NCBI GenBank assembly: GCA_017610205.1
Contig: JAFCCL010000001.1
Location: forward strand, 157,199 to 221,198
Reading direction: 5' to 3'
Source: Candidatus Iainarchaeum sp.
GTDB taxonomy: Archaea > Iainarchaeota > Iainarchaeia > Iainarchaeales > GCA-2688035
Length of the DNA: 64,000 nt
Shown here: in pieces, positions 10,301 to 18,379 of the stretch
Position numbering within the stretch: position 1 is the first letter of the stretch
How the letters are laid out: every line of letters begins with the position of its first letter
Position numbers and translations under genes: made by a program
Notes under the pieces: generated by a model
Database searches by the model: none
The model's input: only the letters and a program-made list of their open reading frames with translations
What the model was told of the DNA's origin: nothing

Positions 10301-11658
10301 ACAACATGACTTGTATCAATTTTTTTCTTTTGTTGAATTATTCTAAAACAGTCTGGATGGCTGTGAGATTTTATTTTGAGGTCCTGATCAAATTCCATAA
10401 CACTTTTTTTAAAATCTTTAACTATTTTTGGATCCTTGTTACTAAACAATACAAACTGATTGCCTAAATGTCCTTCTGCAATTAAATATGCAAGCAGCTT
10501 CACATCGCATTCTTTCATTTTTGTTTTTCCAAAATTGTTTAAAATTCGAGGAGTGGCTATTCTACTTCCTAAGCCTAATTCACCAGCCTGTTTCCATCCA
10601 TTGACGGTAAGCAAAGGGTGTTCAGGAGTAAGCTTTATTTCCTTACCTGTTCCCAGTTTAATGTTAAGTATTTTATTCACTTTCCTTTTTGAAAAAGCAA
10701 TTTTATCAACCTGTTTCACTTTGAGATTGTGGTCTAAAGCGCAAACTTTTGCACTCTCTTCTTTCAATTCCTTTATAGGAACAACACGTCCATCGCCAAG
10801 CGGAATTAATGTATCTCCATGAAGGCATTTTCCACTTCCCCTTGCACCACATACAAAAACAACGTGGGGATTAAGACTGTCAAGGTAAATATCCTTGTCA
10901 TACAAATCTTTTTCTCCAATCCTTCCAATAAAAAGCGAGGCCTCATCACCATATTTTTGAAAAACACTTTTCTTTCTTCCAATAAACGCCTTTCCGTTTT
11001 CATTCTGCAAAAACTTCAATTCAGGCTTTACAAAAGGACCATGTGGGAGCTCTTTAGCAACCTCTCCTTCTGCCATTTTTTCTCCTTCTTTTACTCCAAT
11101 TTCCTTTGTTCCAGTCTCTTTTTCAACCAAAACACTGTCCTTTTCAGGAGGAGTAATGTCCTTTTTAGCGGCTTTTACTGCCTTTGCAAACACGATTTTT
11201 TTTATTTTTTCCTTCAAAGGTCTTTCTTCAACAGCCCTAATTTTTGACCTTTTTCGGCTTTTACCTGCTGTTTTTTTGCTATCTTGCCCTGTTTTTGCCT
11301 CTTTTTTGGCATCTTTTACTGGCTTTTCCTCTTCTTTTGGCTTTTCTTCCAGTTCCTCAGGCATTTTGGGCGGAGGCGCAGGTTCCAGAGGATCGTCTTC
11401 CTCAGAATCCTCTTCTTTTGGCTTTTCTTTCCCATTTTCCTCAGAATCGCTTACTTTGTCAGAATCTGTTTCTTCTTCCGAATCTGTTTCTTTTTCAGAA
11501 TCAGACTCTTCCTCTCCTTTCACTTTGTTTTGCCCTCCAAATACTTTTGCCGGCTTTTTCTCATTCTCTGCTTTCTCAGCATCCACTGCCTTTTCAGAAT
11601 CTGCTTTTTTTGGGTCTTCTCCAAAAGCATCGTCAAACAGGTCTTTTTCTTCAGCCAT
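7312..11658 (-). CDS. HerA/FtsK-superfamily P-loop ATPase (DUF87-like) with acidic/Lys-rich N-terminal low-complexity region, an intein in the Walker A loop and a C-terminal winged-helix-like region
   Basis: Extein Walker A VFVCGARGSGK|...|SYVLGVIAEEL, Walker B WLFIDEAHTLIP, and GCSLVFATQQPSAINTKVLSQLDIVISHKL. Residues 1-200 are E/D/K/S-rich (SDSEKETDSEEETDSDKVSDSEE). Confidence 0.8.
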   Translation of the reverse strand: MAEEKDLFDDAFGEDPKKADSEKAVDAEKAENEKKPAKVFGGQNKVKGEEESDSEKETDSEEETDSDKVSDSEENGKEKPKEEDSEEDDPLEPAPPPKMPEELEEKPKEEEKPVKDAKKEAKTGQDSKKTAGKSRKRSKIRAVEERPLKEKIKKIVFAKAVKAAKKDITPPEKDSVLVEKETGTKEIGVKEGEKMAEGEVAKELPHGPFVKPELKFLQNENGKAFIGRKKSVFQKYGDEASLFIGRIGEKDLYDKDIYLDSLNPHVVFVCGARGSGKCLHGDTLIPLGDGRVVPIKELKEESAKVCALDHNLKVKQVDKIAFSKRKVNKILNIKLGTGKEIKLTPEHPLLTVNGWKQAGELGLGSRIATPRILNNFGKTKMKECDVKLLAYLIAEGHLGNQFVLFSNKDPKIVKDFKKSVMEFDQDLKIKSHSHPDCFRIIQQKKKIDTSHVVRNEKGQFTNRGFVVAQKSSLMQFVESLGLYNKLSKEKFIPKEVLQLEKHQIALFLNRMFSCDGSIYRISKGKTWGACYASSSKKLAKQVQHLLLRFGIMSRMREKKVKCRGKKFDTFEVVLYGENVIKFISEIGFFGTKELRQEKAIEEAFSVNRNPNIDTIPKEVWDCYRPKNAKATSRALEYKSNWVHSSISYAPSREKLLKIALVDENKGIQMLAQSEIFWDEITLVEEIIGETDVYDIEIPNVHNFVANDIIVHNSYVLGVIAEELAVKNKNVGVIVVDPVGVFWGMRYPNRETRELESLAKWDLLPQGLENLRVFIPEGVADQVPKSTYDATFSMPPSLLTTEDWCLTFGIERFSPSGLLMEKGLEKVKKGYTNKDGKKIRAKKDLFSLEDFIRCLQTDEEINSGERGYKPDSIRALVSRFDAAKNWGVFNSLGTPLVELSREGQMTVIDTSFLEDNVSALVIGILARRILAARKVSTRRESAGRFGKEKNVDNLLEFGVPPTWLFIDEAHTLIPSGNVMTPASNSLIEYVKQGRRPGCSLVFATQQPSAINTKVLSQLDIVISHKLVFDDDVKAFYKRVPTMVPKQYKKSNFIKTLPVGIALTGDRREETTRAFVLRIRPRMSQHEGREAETVERNLKLDDEKVLLLAVEMSKSKLDQVGSLPTSTINQVVETLNAKYKSGVELGKVLEKLEEIGAVMDDENSTVSIPGELQDEALAEELVGEAEKEVEKEAKAVFPEESIELLAFPASVNEEKAMQMFNKVRKKRLLGIFGSEEAIENMQLRYMPIYRVEYNAFDTKKTFRKLVAFVNSITGEFIHFSGKKNGFIESNGLALIENLSKNELKLLMLLDRKKEFAAIVEGLGESNSLVKRILQSLEEKGFVLKEKINGTDFYSLARALELPPAPTHPMLSSLEQIPVLNIEAMSLMREGINREKLGKIMQKLWENIVVKKMDLVYLPVYETFLRKKNGSVRKIFIEGVTGNLIKLGNKH
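9523..10827 (-). mobile_element. intein (435 aa) with LAGLIDADG homing-endonuclease domain, inserted after GARGSGK of the host ATPase
   Basis: N-terminal splice block CLHGDTLIPLGDGRVV (Cys1 codon 10825-10827). LAGLIDADG blocks LLAYLIAEGHL and FLNRMFSCDGSI. C-terminal block VYDIEIPNVHNFVANDIIVHN followed by +1 Ser (Asn codon 9523-9525). Confidence 0.9.
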
Positions 11659-11807
11659 TTAAAATCACTTAATTAAATAACGCAATTCAAGTATTTTAAG
11701 GTAATGTTCTTAAATTAATTTGCATCCACTCTAAAAAACCAAGCCAATGTTTTAAATTCTAATCATTCACCTATATTTAAAAGAGCCTTAATAAAATTCT
11801 CTTAAAA

Positions 11808-11880
11808 GGGGTTATAGCATAATCTGGTAGTGCAGTTGGCTCCAGACCTTCTGATCAGGGTTCAAATCCCTGTAACCCCA
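11808..11880 (+). tRNA. tRNA-Trp(CCA), with an unusual anticodon stem
   Basis: Acceptor GGGGTTA/TAACCCC. D stem GCAT/GTGC. T arm CAGGG-TTCAAAT-CCCTG. Anticodon loop CTCCAGA. The anticodon stem GTTGG/CCTTC has two U-U oppositions. Confidence 0.7.
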
Positions 11881-12236
11881 TTTTTTTAATTCAAAAAAGT
11901 GAAAAAAATGCGCAAAAAACGATGTGTAATTCTTGCAAACGAAGCTAAAAAAAATACAAGACCAAATTGTACAATTGGCATAGAATTACCCTGCAAGTCT
12001 GTAAAATGCAGGCAAACAGAAGGCAAAACAAAACTTACACAAATGATGCTGAACCAAGGAATTCCAGTTGGAAAGCACGAAATGAATGTAATAAGACAGG
12101 CGGCAGAGCACTATTTTTGCTCAACTGCCCTGGGAAAAAACCAAGGAACTTTGGCTTTTTCAAAATAAAAGAAATTGAAAATGGAAAGTTTGAAATAAAA
12201 TTCAAAAAAGAAAAATATGAACTAATGCTTTTGTAG

Positions 12237-12308
12237 GGGCCCTTCGTCTAGTGGCAGGATAATTCCTTCGCAAGGAATAGATCGCGAGTTCGATTCTCGC
12301 AGGGTCCA
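12237..12308 (+). tRNA. tRNA-Ala(CGC)
   Basis: Acceptor GGGCCCT/AGGGTCC with the G3-U70 alanine identity pair. Anticodon stem ATTCC/GGAAT with loop TTCGCAA. T arm GCGAG-TTCGATT-CTCGC. Confidence 0.9.
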
Positions 12309-12320
12309 CTTTTTAATTAC

Positions 12321-12812
12321 TTAAACTTGCAAACCTCTTTTTCTAAGTTCTTTAGTTTTTTTAATTGAACAGGATTCACATCTGAATTCTGGAGATTTTT
12401 CTTTTCGCCTGTTATAGTTTAAAGCAAGTACTAATCTATATCCTCTTACTGATTTTTTTTTACAATCAACACAAACAATATCTTCAGAAACTTCCCACAA
12501 TGGCGGAAGTGTTTTGCCTGTAAAAATCCACCTGTCTACCCAGAAAAATATCAATCCGCCTATTAGGTTAGCTAATAAAACTCCAATTAATCCTGGCCCA
12601 AAAAGTTGAATTACTGAATAAAGGGTAATGCTTGTTAGTTGCCATCTTCCAAGATACATTAAATACTTTTTGACAAGTTTGTCTTGTTTTTCTTCAAGAA
12701 TTATTCGATCTACCCAAAAGAAAACAAGTCCTCCAATAAGGTTTGCAGTAACAACTGCAATAATACTGTCGCCAAGAAAAAAGAATACAAACGCAAGAAG
12801 CGGGGTTGACAA
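12321..12812 (-). CDS. membrane protein with internally duplicated 2-TM module and C-terminal Cys4 zinc-ribbon
   Basis: Repeat ANLIGGLVFFWVDRIILEEK / ANLIGGLIFFWVDRWIFTGK (GtrA-like flavour). C-terminus CVDCKKK...FRCESC. Confidence 0.55.
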   Translation of the reverse strand: MSTPLLAFVFFFLGDSIIAVVTANLIGGLVFFWVDRIILEEKQDKLVKKYLMYLGRWQLTSITLYSVIQLFGPGLIGVLLANLIGGLIFFWVDRWIFTGKTLPPLWEVSEDIVCVDCKKKSVRGYRLVLALNYNRRKEKSPEFRCESCSIKKTKELRKRGLQV

Positions 12813-12906
12813 TTGCTACCTAATCAGGTATAATAAATATTTTGTACTAAATCGCTGAAGCATAGAAAAAAATAGGGTGAGTCTTTTTTTATATTTATTG
12901 CAATTT

Positions 12907-13431
12907 TTAATGCTTTGTTAGTGCCTTTGCTATTACTTCACCAAATTGTTTTGCTGCATCAGGACCGTTTGCAGTAATTATTTTTCCATCAATTGTGACA
13001 TTCTTTCCAGTATAATTTGCGCCTTTTTCATGCAGGTTTTCTGCCTGACTGCTAAAAGCGGTTGCCTTTTTTCCCTTAAGCAATCCAGCGTTTGCAAGAA
13101 TGCTTGGCGCAATGCATATTGCTGCAACAACTTTTTTTTCTTCAACAGCCTGTTTTGCAATCTGCCTTGCTTTTGCGTCATCAAAATAAGCCGCTGCTCC
13201 AAGGCCTCCAACAAAAACAATTGCATCATAGTCCTTGATTTTAAGATTGTTAAGTGTAATGCTTGCCTTTGCAGTTTCTCCCCCTATTCCCATAATTGTT
13301 CCGGCTTTCCTACTTGCTATAAATGTTTCAGCACCTGCTTTTTCAAGCACTTCCTTTGGTTCAAAAAGCTCTTCTTCTCTAAAATTTTTTGGAGCAATTA
13401 CAAACAACACTTTTTTTTTCTTAAGCACCAT
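12907..13431 (-). CDS. DJ-1/PfpI family protein
   Basis: YDAIVFVGGLGA and nucleophile-elbow VVAAICIAPSILANAGLLKGKKATAF. Length 174 aa. Confidence 0.85.
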   Translation of the reverse strand: MVLKKKKVLFVIAPKNFREEELFEPKEVLEKAGAETFIASRKAGTIMGIGGETAKASITLNNLKIKDYDAIVFVGGLGAAAYFDDAKARQIAKQAVEEKKVVAAICIAPSILANAGLLKGKKATAFSSQAENLHEKGANYTGKNVTIDGKIITANGPDAAKQFGEVIAKALTKH

Positions 13432-13501
13432 GGTTAAGTTTAATGCAGAACTTTTTTAATGAGTTTCGGCTAAATAAATATCATTTTGAAGGTTTTCAAT
13501 C

Positions 13502-13828
13502 ATGCTTGTAGCAACATCTGAACATCTTAAAGGGCGAGAAATTGTAGAAACATTTGGACTTGTAATTGGAAGTACTACCAGAGCTCAATGGGTTGGCGAA
13601 GAAGTAGTTTCAAATATTAGAAAATTTATCGGCGGAGAAGCAATTGAATATACTGATGCTATTGCAAACGCAAGGGAAGAGGCAGTTGAACGCATGATAA
13701 AAGAGGCAAAGCAATTGAAAGCAAATGCAATTGTTGGCATGCGCTTTTTTACAATGCCTGTTACGCCAACCGTTCTTGAAATAGTAGCATATGGCACAGC
13801 AGTTAATGCAAAAAAGTCAAAAAAATAA
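13502..13828 (+). CDS. YbjQ/UPF0145 family protein
   Basis: 108 aa. GREIVETFGLVIGSTTRA...IGGEAIEYTDAIANAREEAVERMIKEAKQLKANAIVGMRF matches the YbjQ-type pattern. Confidence 0.75.
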   Translation: MLVATSEHLKGREIVETFGLVIGSTTRAQWVGEEVVSNIRKFIGGEAIEYTDAIANAREEAVERMIKEAKQLKANAIVGMRFFTMPVTPTVLEIVAYGTAVNAKKSKK

Positions 13829-13836
13829 TTTTTGTT

Positions 13837-14706
13837 TTAGGTCTTTAATATAAAATGAATCAAGCCGCGTATTGAAAACTTTTTACCATACATTAAAACT
13901 TCGGCTCTGAAAATTTTTGCAGTTATATAAATTAAGGCAGCGGTAGTAATGCACAAAATTCCAAGGCACAGTGCTATTTCTAAAGGAGATATTGTTCCGA
14001 GGAAAATTCTAATCATTGCAGTTATTGGCGCAGTTAGGGGAAAATATGTAATTATTTGTGAAAAAAGATCTGTTGAGTTGGTTGTAAGAAACATACTGCT
14101 CAGTGCAGGAATCAATACAAATCCTGTAAGAAGGGTTCCAATTTGCTGAGCTTGACTTCTTGTTTCTGTAAGCACTCCAATTGCAGCCAAAAGCGAGGCA
14201 TAAAGAAGATAACCTAGTATAAAAAACAAAAAATATAGCACTATTATCTGAGTTCCCAAAAATGATGAAAAGATTTCTAAAAATATTTCCGGAGCAATCA
14301 AAAAAATAGTAATCACGCCCACAATAACCCATGTAAAGAACTGTATTAATCCAAGCATTGAAAGCCCAAGTATTTTGCCTGTTAAAAGTTGTTTAAATGA
14401 AACAGACGAAACAAGTATTTCGAGAATTTTGTTTTCTTTTTCTTTTGCAATTCCCTGGAGCATAAAATTTGCAGAGAGGAATATTGCAAGCGAAAACACC
14501 ATTGCAATTGTGGAGGGGAATGCAAAAAAGTAAAAGCTTTTTTCCATTAATTTGAATTGCATTAAGCTAAATTGCAGACCAAAAAAAGACATGGCTATTG
14601 TAATTATTAAAAGAAGTCCAGGCAGGGCAAATGCAAAAAACTTGTATTCCAATCTTGCAAAATTCATCTTGAATTCCTGCAATGCCACCCTTATTGTTTT
14701 ATCCAT
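13837..14706 (-). CDS. ABC-2 type transporter permease
   Basis: 289-aa polytopic protein overlapping the upstream ABC ATPase gene by 16 nt. Six or more hydrophobic helices. Confidence 0.7.
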   Translation of the reverse strand: MDKTIRVALQEFKMNFARLEYKFFAFALPGLLLIITIAMSFFGLQFSLMQFKLMEKSFYFFAFPSTIAMVFSLAIFLSANFMLQGIAKEKENKILEILVSSVSFKQLLTGKILGLSMLGLIQFFTWVIVGVITIFLIAPEIFLEIFSSFLGTQIIVLYFLFFILGYLLYASLLAAIGVLTETRSQAQQIGTLLTGFVLIPALSSMFLTTNSTDLFSQIITYFPLTAPITAMIRIFLGTISPLEIALCLGILCITTAALIYITAKIFRAEVLMYGKKFSIRGLIHFILKT

Positions 14707-15596
14707 TTTTCACCCTCCGCAACCTTAATAAAAATTTGATTCAATGAAAGTTCTTTGACAGCAAATCTTGTAAGATCCAAGTCTGCATTAACAAGCTGCT
14801 TTAAAATCTTTTTTGGTGTAGAATCAACCCTTAAAAAGAGTTGAGCAGAATTGTTTGTAACACTTGACCGCTCAATACCATCAAGCTTTGGCAAAACGCC
14901 TTCAAATCCAACAAAAACACAATTGCTTGCATACCGCTTTTTAATATCATCAATTCTACCATACAAAACTCTCTTGCCATGGTTTATCATTAAGCACCTG
15001 TCACACAACTCTTCAACTTCATTCATCATATGTGTACTTAGAATTATTGTTTTGCCTTCCTTTTTTTCTTCAAGAATAATGCTCTTAACAAGTTCCCTGT
15101 TTGTTGGATCAAGACCTGAAAAGGGTTCGTCAAGGATTAAAAGTGTTGGATGATGAATAAGGGTTACGCACAATTGCACAAGCTGCCTTTGCCCCTTGCT
15201 TAATTTACTAACCTTTACATTTGCCTTTTTAATTAAACCAACTCGATTGAGAAGTGCTAGTCCCTCCATATTTGCCTCTTTTACGGCTGAACCCTTAAGC
15301 GTTGCAAGATAGCAAAGGTTATCCATTACACTTAAATTGTCATAAAGGCCTCTTTCTTCAGGAAGATATCCAAGTATTTCCTTTGTTTTTTCACTAAACA
15401 ATTTTCCAAAAATAGTTATTGTTCCCTTATCCGGTTTTATAAAATCCAAAAGCATCCTTATTATAGAACTTTTTCCAGCACCGTTTGGCCCAAGCAAGCC
15501 AAAAATTTTGCCTTCTGACACTTTGAAGCTTACTCCATCCACTGCTTCAACTTGATTATACGATTTGAAAATATTATCAACAAAAATGCAATCCAT
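14691..15596 (-). CDS. ABC transporter ATP-binding protein
   Basis: Walker A GPNGAGKSS, signature LSKGQRQ, Walker B LLILDEPFSGLD, H-loop LSTHMM. Confidence 0.9.
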   Translation of the reverse strand: MDCIFVDNIFKSYNQVEAVDGVSFKVSEGKIFGLLGPNGAGKSSIIRMLLDFIKPDKGTITIFGKLFSEKTKEILGYLPEERGLYDNLSVMDNLCYLATLKGSAVKEANMEGLALLNRVGLIKKANVKVSKLSKGQRQLVQLCVTLIHHPTLLILDEPFSGLDPTNRELVKSIILEEKKEGKTIILSTHMMNEVEELCDRCLMINHGKRVLYGRIDDIKKRYASNCVFVGFEGVLPKLDGIERSSVTNNSAQLFLRVDSTPKKILKQLVNADLDLTRFAVKELSLNQIFIKVAEGEKWIKQ

Positions 15597-15647
15597 TTCA
15601 GGTAATTTAAAGAGTTAAACTTATTTAAAAGCGCTTTGGTGACTGGC

Positions 15648-16748
15648 CTATTTTGCCTTAAGCTCATTTGCTGCCCTAATAAAAAAGCCAGCTGTCCAGG
15701 AAAAAGGCCTTTCGCTTTTCAAAAACAAGCCGTTTACTGGTTTTCCTTTTTCGTTAAAAACCTCGTGGGCTATGCCGTTTTGATTTATTAAAAACGCAAC
15801 ATCCCTTAGTGCATGCTTTGCATCCTTTTTCCACCCAACTTTCTGCAATGCAATTGCATTTAGGCAACCAAGCCAGGGCCAACTAAAACCATTATGATAA
15901 TGGTATTCAAGCAACGGTAGCAAAGTTGGAGGAATTCTCCACACAGGGTAAGTTGGGTAATTTGTTTTCAGAGGAATTTTGTTAAGCTGGTGCTGTTTTA
16001 TTTTGTTTAAAATCATTTGACCCTGGGCCTTGTCAGCTATTCCAAAATCTATTGCAAGCAAATTTCCGTCGCTTGAAAAAAAATCGTGCCTTCTAAAATC
16101 AATCCAGTCAATGTAGTAGTTTCCATCCCAAAACAATTGGTTTATTTTGTTCTTGGTTTTTTTTGCAAACCCTTCAAACTTTTTTTGCAGTTTTTCGTTT
16201 TTTTGCAGAGATGCAAGCCAGGAAAATTCCTTTAATGCCTTGTAAAAGCAGCAATTTGTGTAAAGGACGTTTCCAAATTTTAGCACGGTTTCAGCCCAGT
16301 TTGCAAAAACCCTTTCTTCAATTAAGGCATTGTTGTCCCGGTCTTTGCTTAAAAGAAAATCAACTGCTTTTTTTGCCTTTGGAAACATTTTTGCAGCAAA
16401 GGCTTTGTCGTTTGTTTTCTTAACATATTCTGAAAGTGAAATAACAAACAAAGCAGTTGAGTCAATTACAGACCCGACCAAAAGCCTGTACCTTGGCTTT
16501 AAATCAAGGCTTATTTGGTTGGGAATTACTCCGTTCCTTTTCTGCAATGAGGCAAAGAGTTCAAGGTTTTGCTTTACCTGCTGTGTATCTCCTAATACAA
16601 GTGCTCCAACTGACGCAAAAAAACTGTGCCTTGCCCAATACTGGTTAAATCGCTTGCTTTTTCTTCCGGCAACAATTCCCCTGTTTGTATAACATCTCCT
16701 CAAATCATTTAAGGAAATCTCATAAGCAGACTTAACACCCGGATGCAT
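15648..16748 (-). CDS. (alpha/alpha)6-barrel glycoside hydrolase, glycogen-debranching (GDE_C)/GH63-like
   Basis: 366 aa. RGIVAGR...YWARHSFFA, DGNYYIDWIDF and YHNGFSWPWLG...FSWTAGFFI are typical of amylo-alpha-1,6-glucosidase-like barrels. Confidence 0.65.
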   Translation of the reverse strand: MHPGVKSAYEISLNDLRRCYTNRGIVAGRKSKRFNQYWARHSFFASVGALVLGDTQQVKQNLELFASLQKRNGVIPNQISLDLKPRYRLLVGSVIDSTALFVISLSEYVKKTNDKAFAAKMFPKAKKAVDFLLSKDRDNNALIEERVFANWAETVLKFGNVLYTNCCFYKALKEFSWLASLQKNEKLQKKFEGFAKKTKNKINQLFWDGNYYIDWIDFRRHDFFSSDGNLLAIDFGIADKAQGQMILNKIKQHQLNKIPLKTNYPTYPVWRIPPTLLPLLEYHYHNGFSWPWLGCLNAIALQKVGWKKDAKHALRDVAFLINQNGIAHEVFNEKGKPVNGLFLKSERPFSWTAGFFIRAANELKAK

Positions 16749-16823
16749 TTACTCCTACCTTAAATAATAAGGCATTCCAGGAATATTAAGTTATTGGTTT
16801 TTTTGCTTCCTTAAACAGGAAAT

Positions 16824-17267
16824 TTACAGGTTTTGCGCTTCTACTATCAATTTTCTTAATTTCTCTGCCAGTTTCCGCATTTTTGGATGGCTTAAGGCAT
16901 GCCCTTTAACAGACAAAATTTGCATCTCAACTTTTGCCAGATTTTGGTCCAGCCCATTTAAAGTGCCAGCTTCTTCCCTTGAAAAATTTTCCTGTTTGGT
17001 TCTTCCCTTGCACAATTTAATTCTTTTATTTTTTAGGTCCTTTTTTCTTGACGGCAACATAACCAAAAGCTCTTTTTTAGCAGATGCCCTCAAAGCAGGG
17101 GTTCCAGAACGCATTGTTTCAAAAAGCCGAGGAATTCTTTCAGACGGTTCTACTCGTTGGTCTCTAACCTTTGAACCTATTTTAGGTGGACACGAAAACC
17201 TTCTGACACGCGTTGAACTAGGTCCCCTTCCTCTTGCCTGTCGGTTTGAGCCCTTGTATTTGGTCAT
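16824..17267 (-). CDS. hypothetical basic protein
   Basis: 147-aa K/R-rich ORF with no recognisable domain. Confidence 0.4.
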   Translation of the reverse strand: MTKYKGSNRQARGRGPSSTRVRRFSCPPKIGSKVRDQRVEPSERIPRLFETMRSGTPALRASAKKELLVMLPSRKKDLKNKRIKLCKGRTKQENFSREEAGTLNGLDQNLAKVEMQILSVKGHALSHPKMRKLAEKLRKLIVEAQNL

Positions 17268-17330
17268 AACTTGTAATAAATTAGAGCCTTTAAAGAATTT
17301 AAATATTATGCCTTTGACTCTGCAATTGAA

Positions 17331-17974
17331 TTAATTTTTCACACTATTGTTTTGGCTTTTTTCAAAGAATTCCAATAGTATTTGACCTGCCTCTTTAAGG
17401 TTTTTTCCAAAAGATATTACACCTTCTTCATGCCCTGGCATTACAAGTATTTTCTTCTTTTTAACATCTGTTTCCTTAAACAATCTGATTACTTCTTCTG
17501 CCATTTCAGGCGTGCCATATTTTGCATCTTTTTTGCAGTTGGCACTTTTTCCAGTAGCCTTTTCCAAAAATCAAGGTTGTGAACATGAATTACTCCATTA
17601 ATACTTTTATCAGCTTGATAAATTACCGCATGAGTCATTGACTCTGAAGAAGCCTTAATTGGTCCTTTACATTCAACATAGTTTTTTTCAATATCGTAAT
17701 CTGTTACAACCGTATAATGTTCAACACCTAATAAAGCAATCCCTCCTGTTGCCGTGCCAGAAATAATAAATTGGTTTTTTTTAGGACCTCTTACACTAAT
17801 ATTTCCAAAACCAATTCCATTTTCAAAAACTCCTATCAGTCCACGCTGGAACATTTTGTCACGCCAAGAATTAATTTCAATTAAATCACTTTCAGAAACA
17901 GGTTCTGCTTTAATCCAGTCACAATTAAACGTTACATAGCCTTCTTCAGTTATCAGATTCACTTTTTCATTCAT
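17331..17974 (-). pseudogene. class II aldolase/adducin-domain protein interrupted by a frameshift in an A6 (T6 on +) run
   Basis: ORF 17489-17974 carries SSESMTHAVIY and VIHVHN (metal-binding His). The family continues in another frame in ORF 17331-17567 (KDAKYGTPEMAEEVIRLF...ILVMPGHEEGVISFGKNLKEA). The frames switch at the T-run 17529-17534. Confidence 0.7.
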
Positions 17975-18046
17975 TTCAATAAAAATTTATTGCGAAAATC
18001 TTAAAAGCTAAAACTTTTGCATAAATTTTTTCTTGAAAGTGGATTT

Positions 18047-18379
18047 TTATTCTCTAATTATTGAGCAGACTTTTTCAGCCACTTGCTTTGTTTTTGCTTC
18101 TTTCAGCGAACCAATTTTGTAGTCAATGATTGAATTGTCTGAAGTAAAAATCTTGTTTGGCCTAATGTTGCTGTCTTGTTTTAATGTCCCTTTCTTGAAT
18201 TCTTTTCCAAGAAGAGGGATAGAGTATCTGTCACTTGTGCCCTTGCTTGTAATCTGGCAAAGAATTAAATCTTCTCCCCGCAATTTTGTTAAAACCATCG
18301 CAGGCCTTCTCTTTGCTTTGCTCAAATCAGAGAAAGGAAAAGGAATTACTACAATGTCACCCTTTACAAATTTTTCTAT
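18047..18379 (-). CDS. mazF: MazF/PemK-family type II toxin (5' end extended beyond the first canonical start)
   Basis: SKAKRRPAMVLTKLRGEDLILCQITSK...IRPNKIFT. The conserved N-terminal strand KGDIVVIPFPFSD lies in frame upstream of the track start (TTG 18325). The only plausible start is ATA 18377-18379, overlapping the antitoxin stop. Confidence 0.7.
   Translation of the reverse strand: MEKFVKGDIVVIPFPFSDLSKAKRRPAMVLTKLRGEDLILCQITSKGTSDRYSIPLLGKEFKKGTLKQDSNIRPNKIFTSDNSIIDYKIGSLKEAKTKQVAEKVCSIIRE

Noticed and set aside
7551-11676. About 20 short ORFs on both strands inside 7312-11658, including the S/F-rich ORFs at 11156-11676
   Set aside because: All are nested in the 1,448-aa HerA-like/intein gene. 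Their low-complexity composition mirrors the E/K/D-rich N-terminus on the opposite strand.
11881-12236. Two overlapping 89-aa ORFs (11899-12168, 11967-12236) between tRNA-Trp and tRNA-Ala; also considered as a possible ncRNA (SRP or RNase P RNA)
   Set aside because: The stretch is A-rich, with no obvious long-range pairing or conserved RNA motifs. Neither ORF has an SD or a recognisable motif. I could not support either call.
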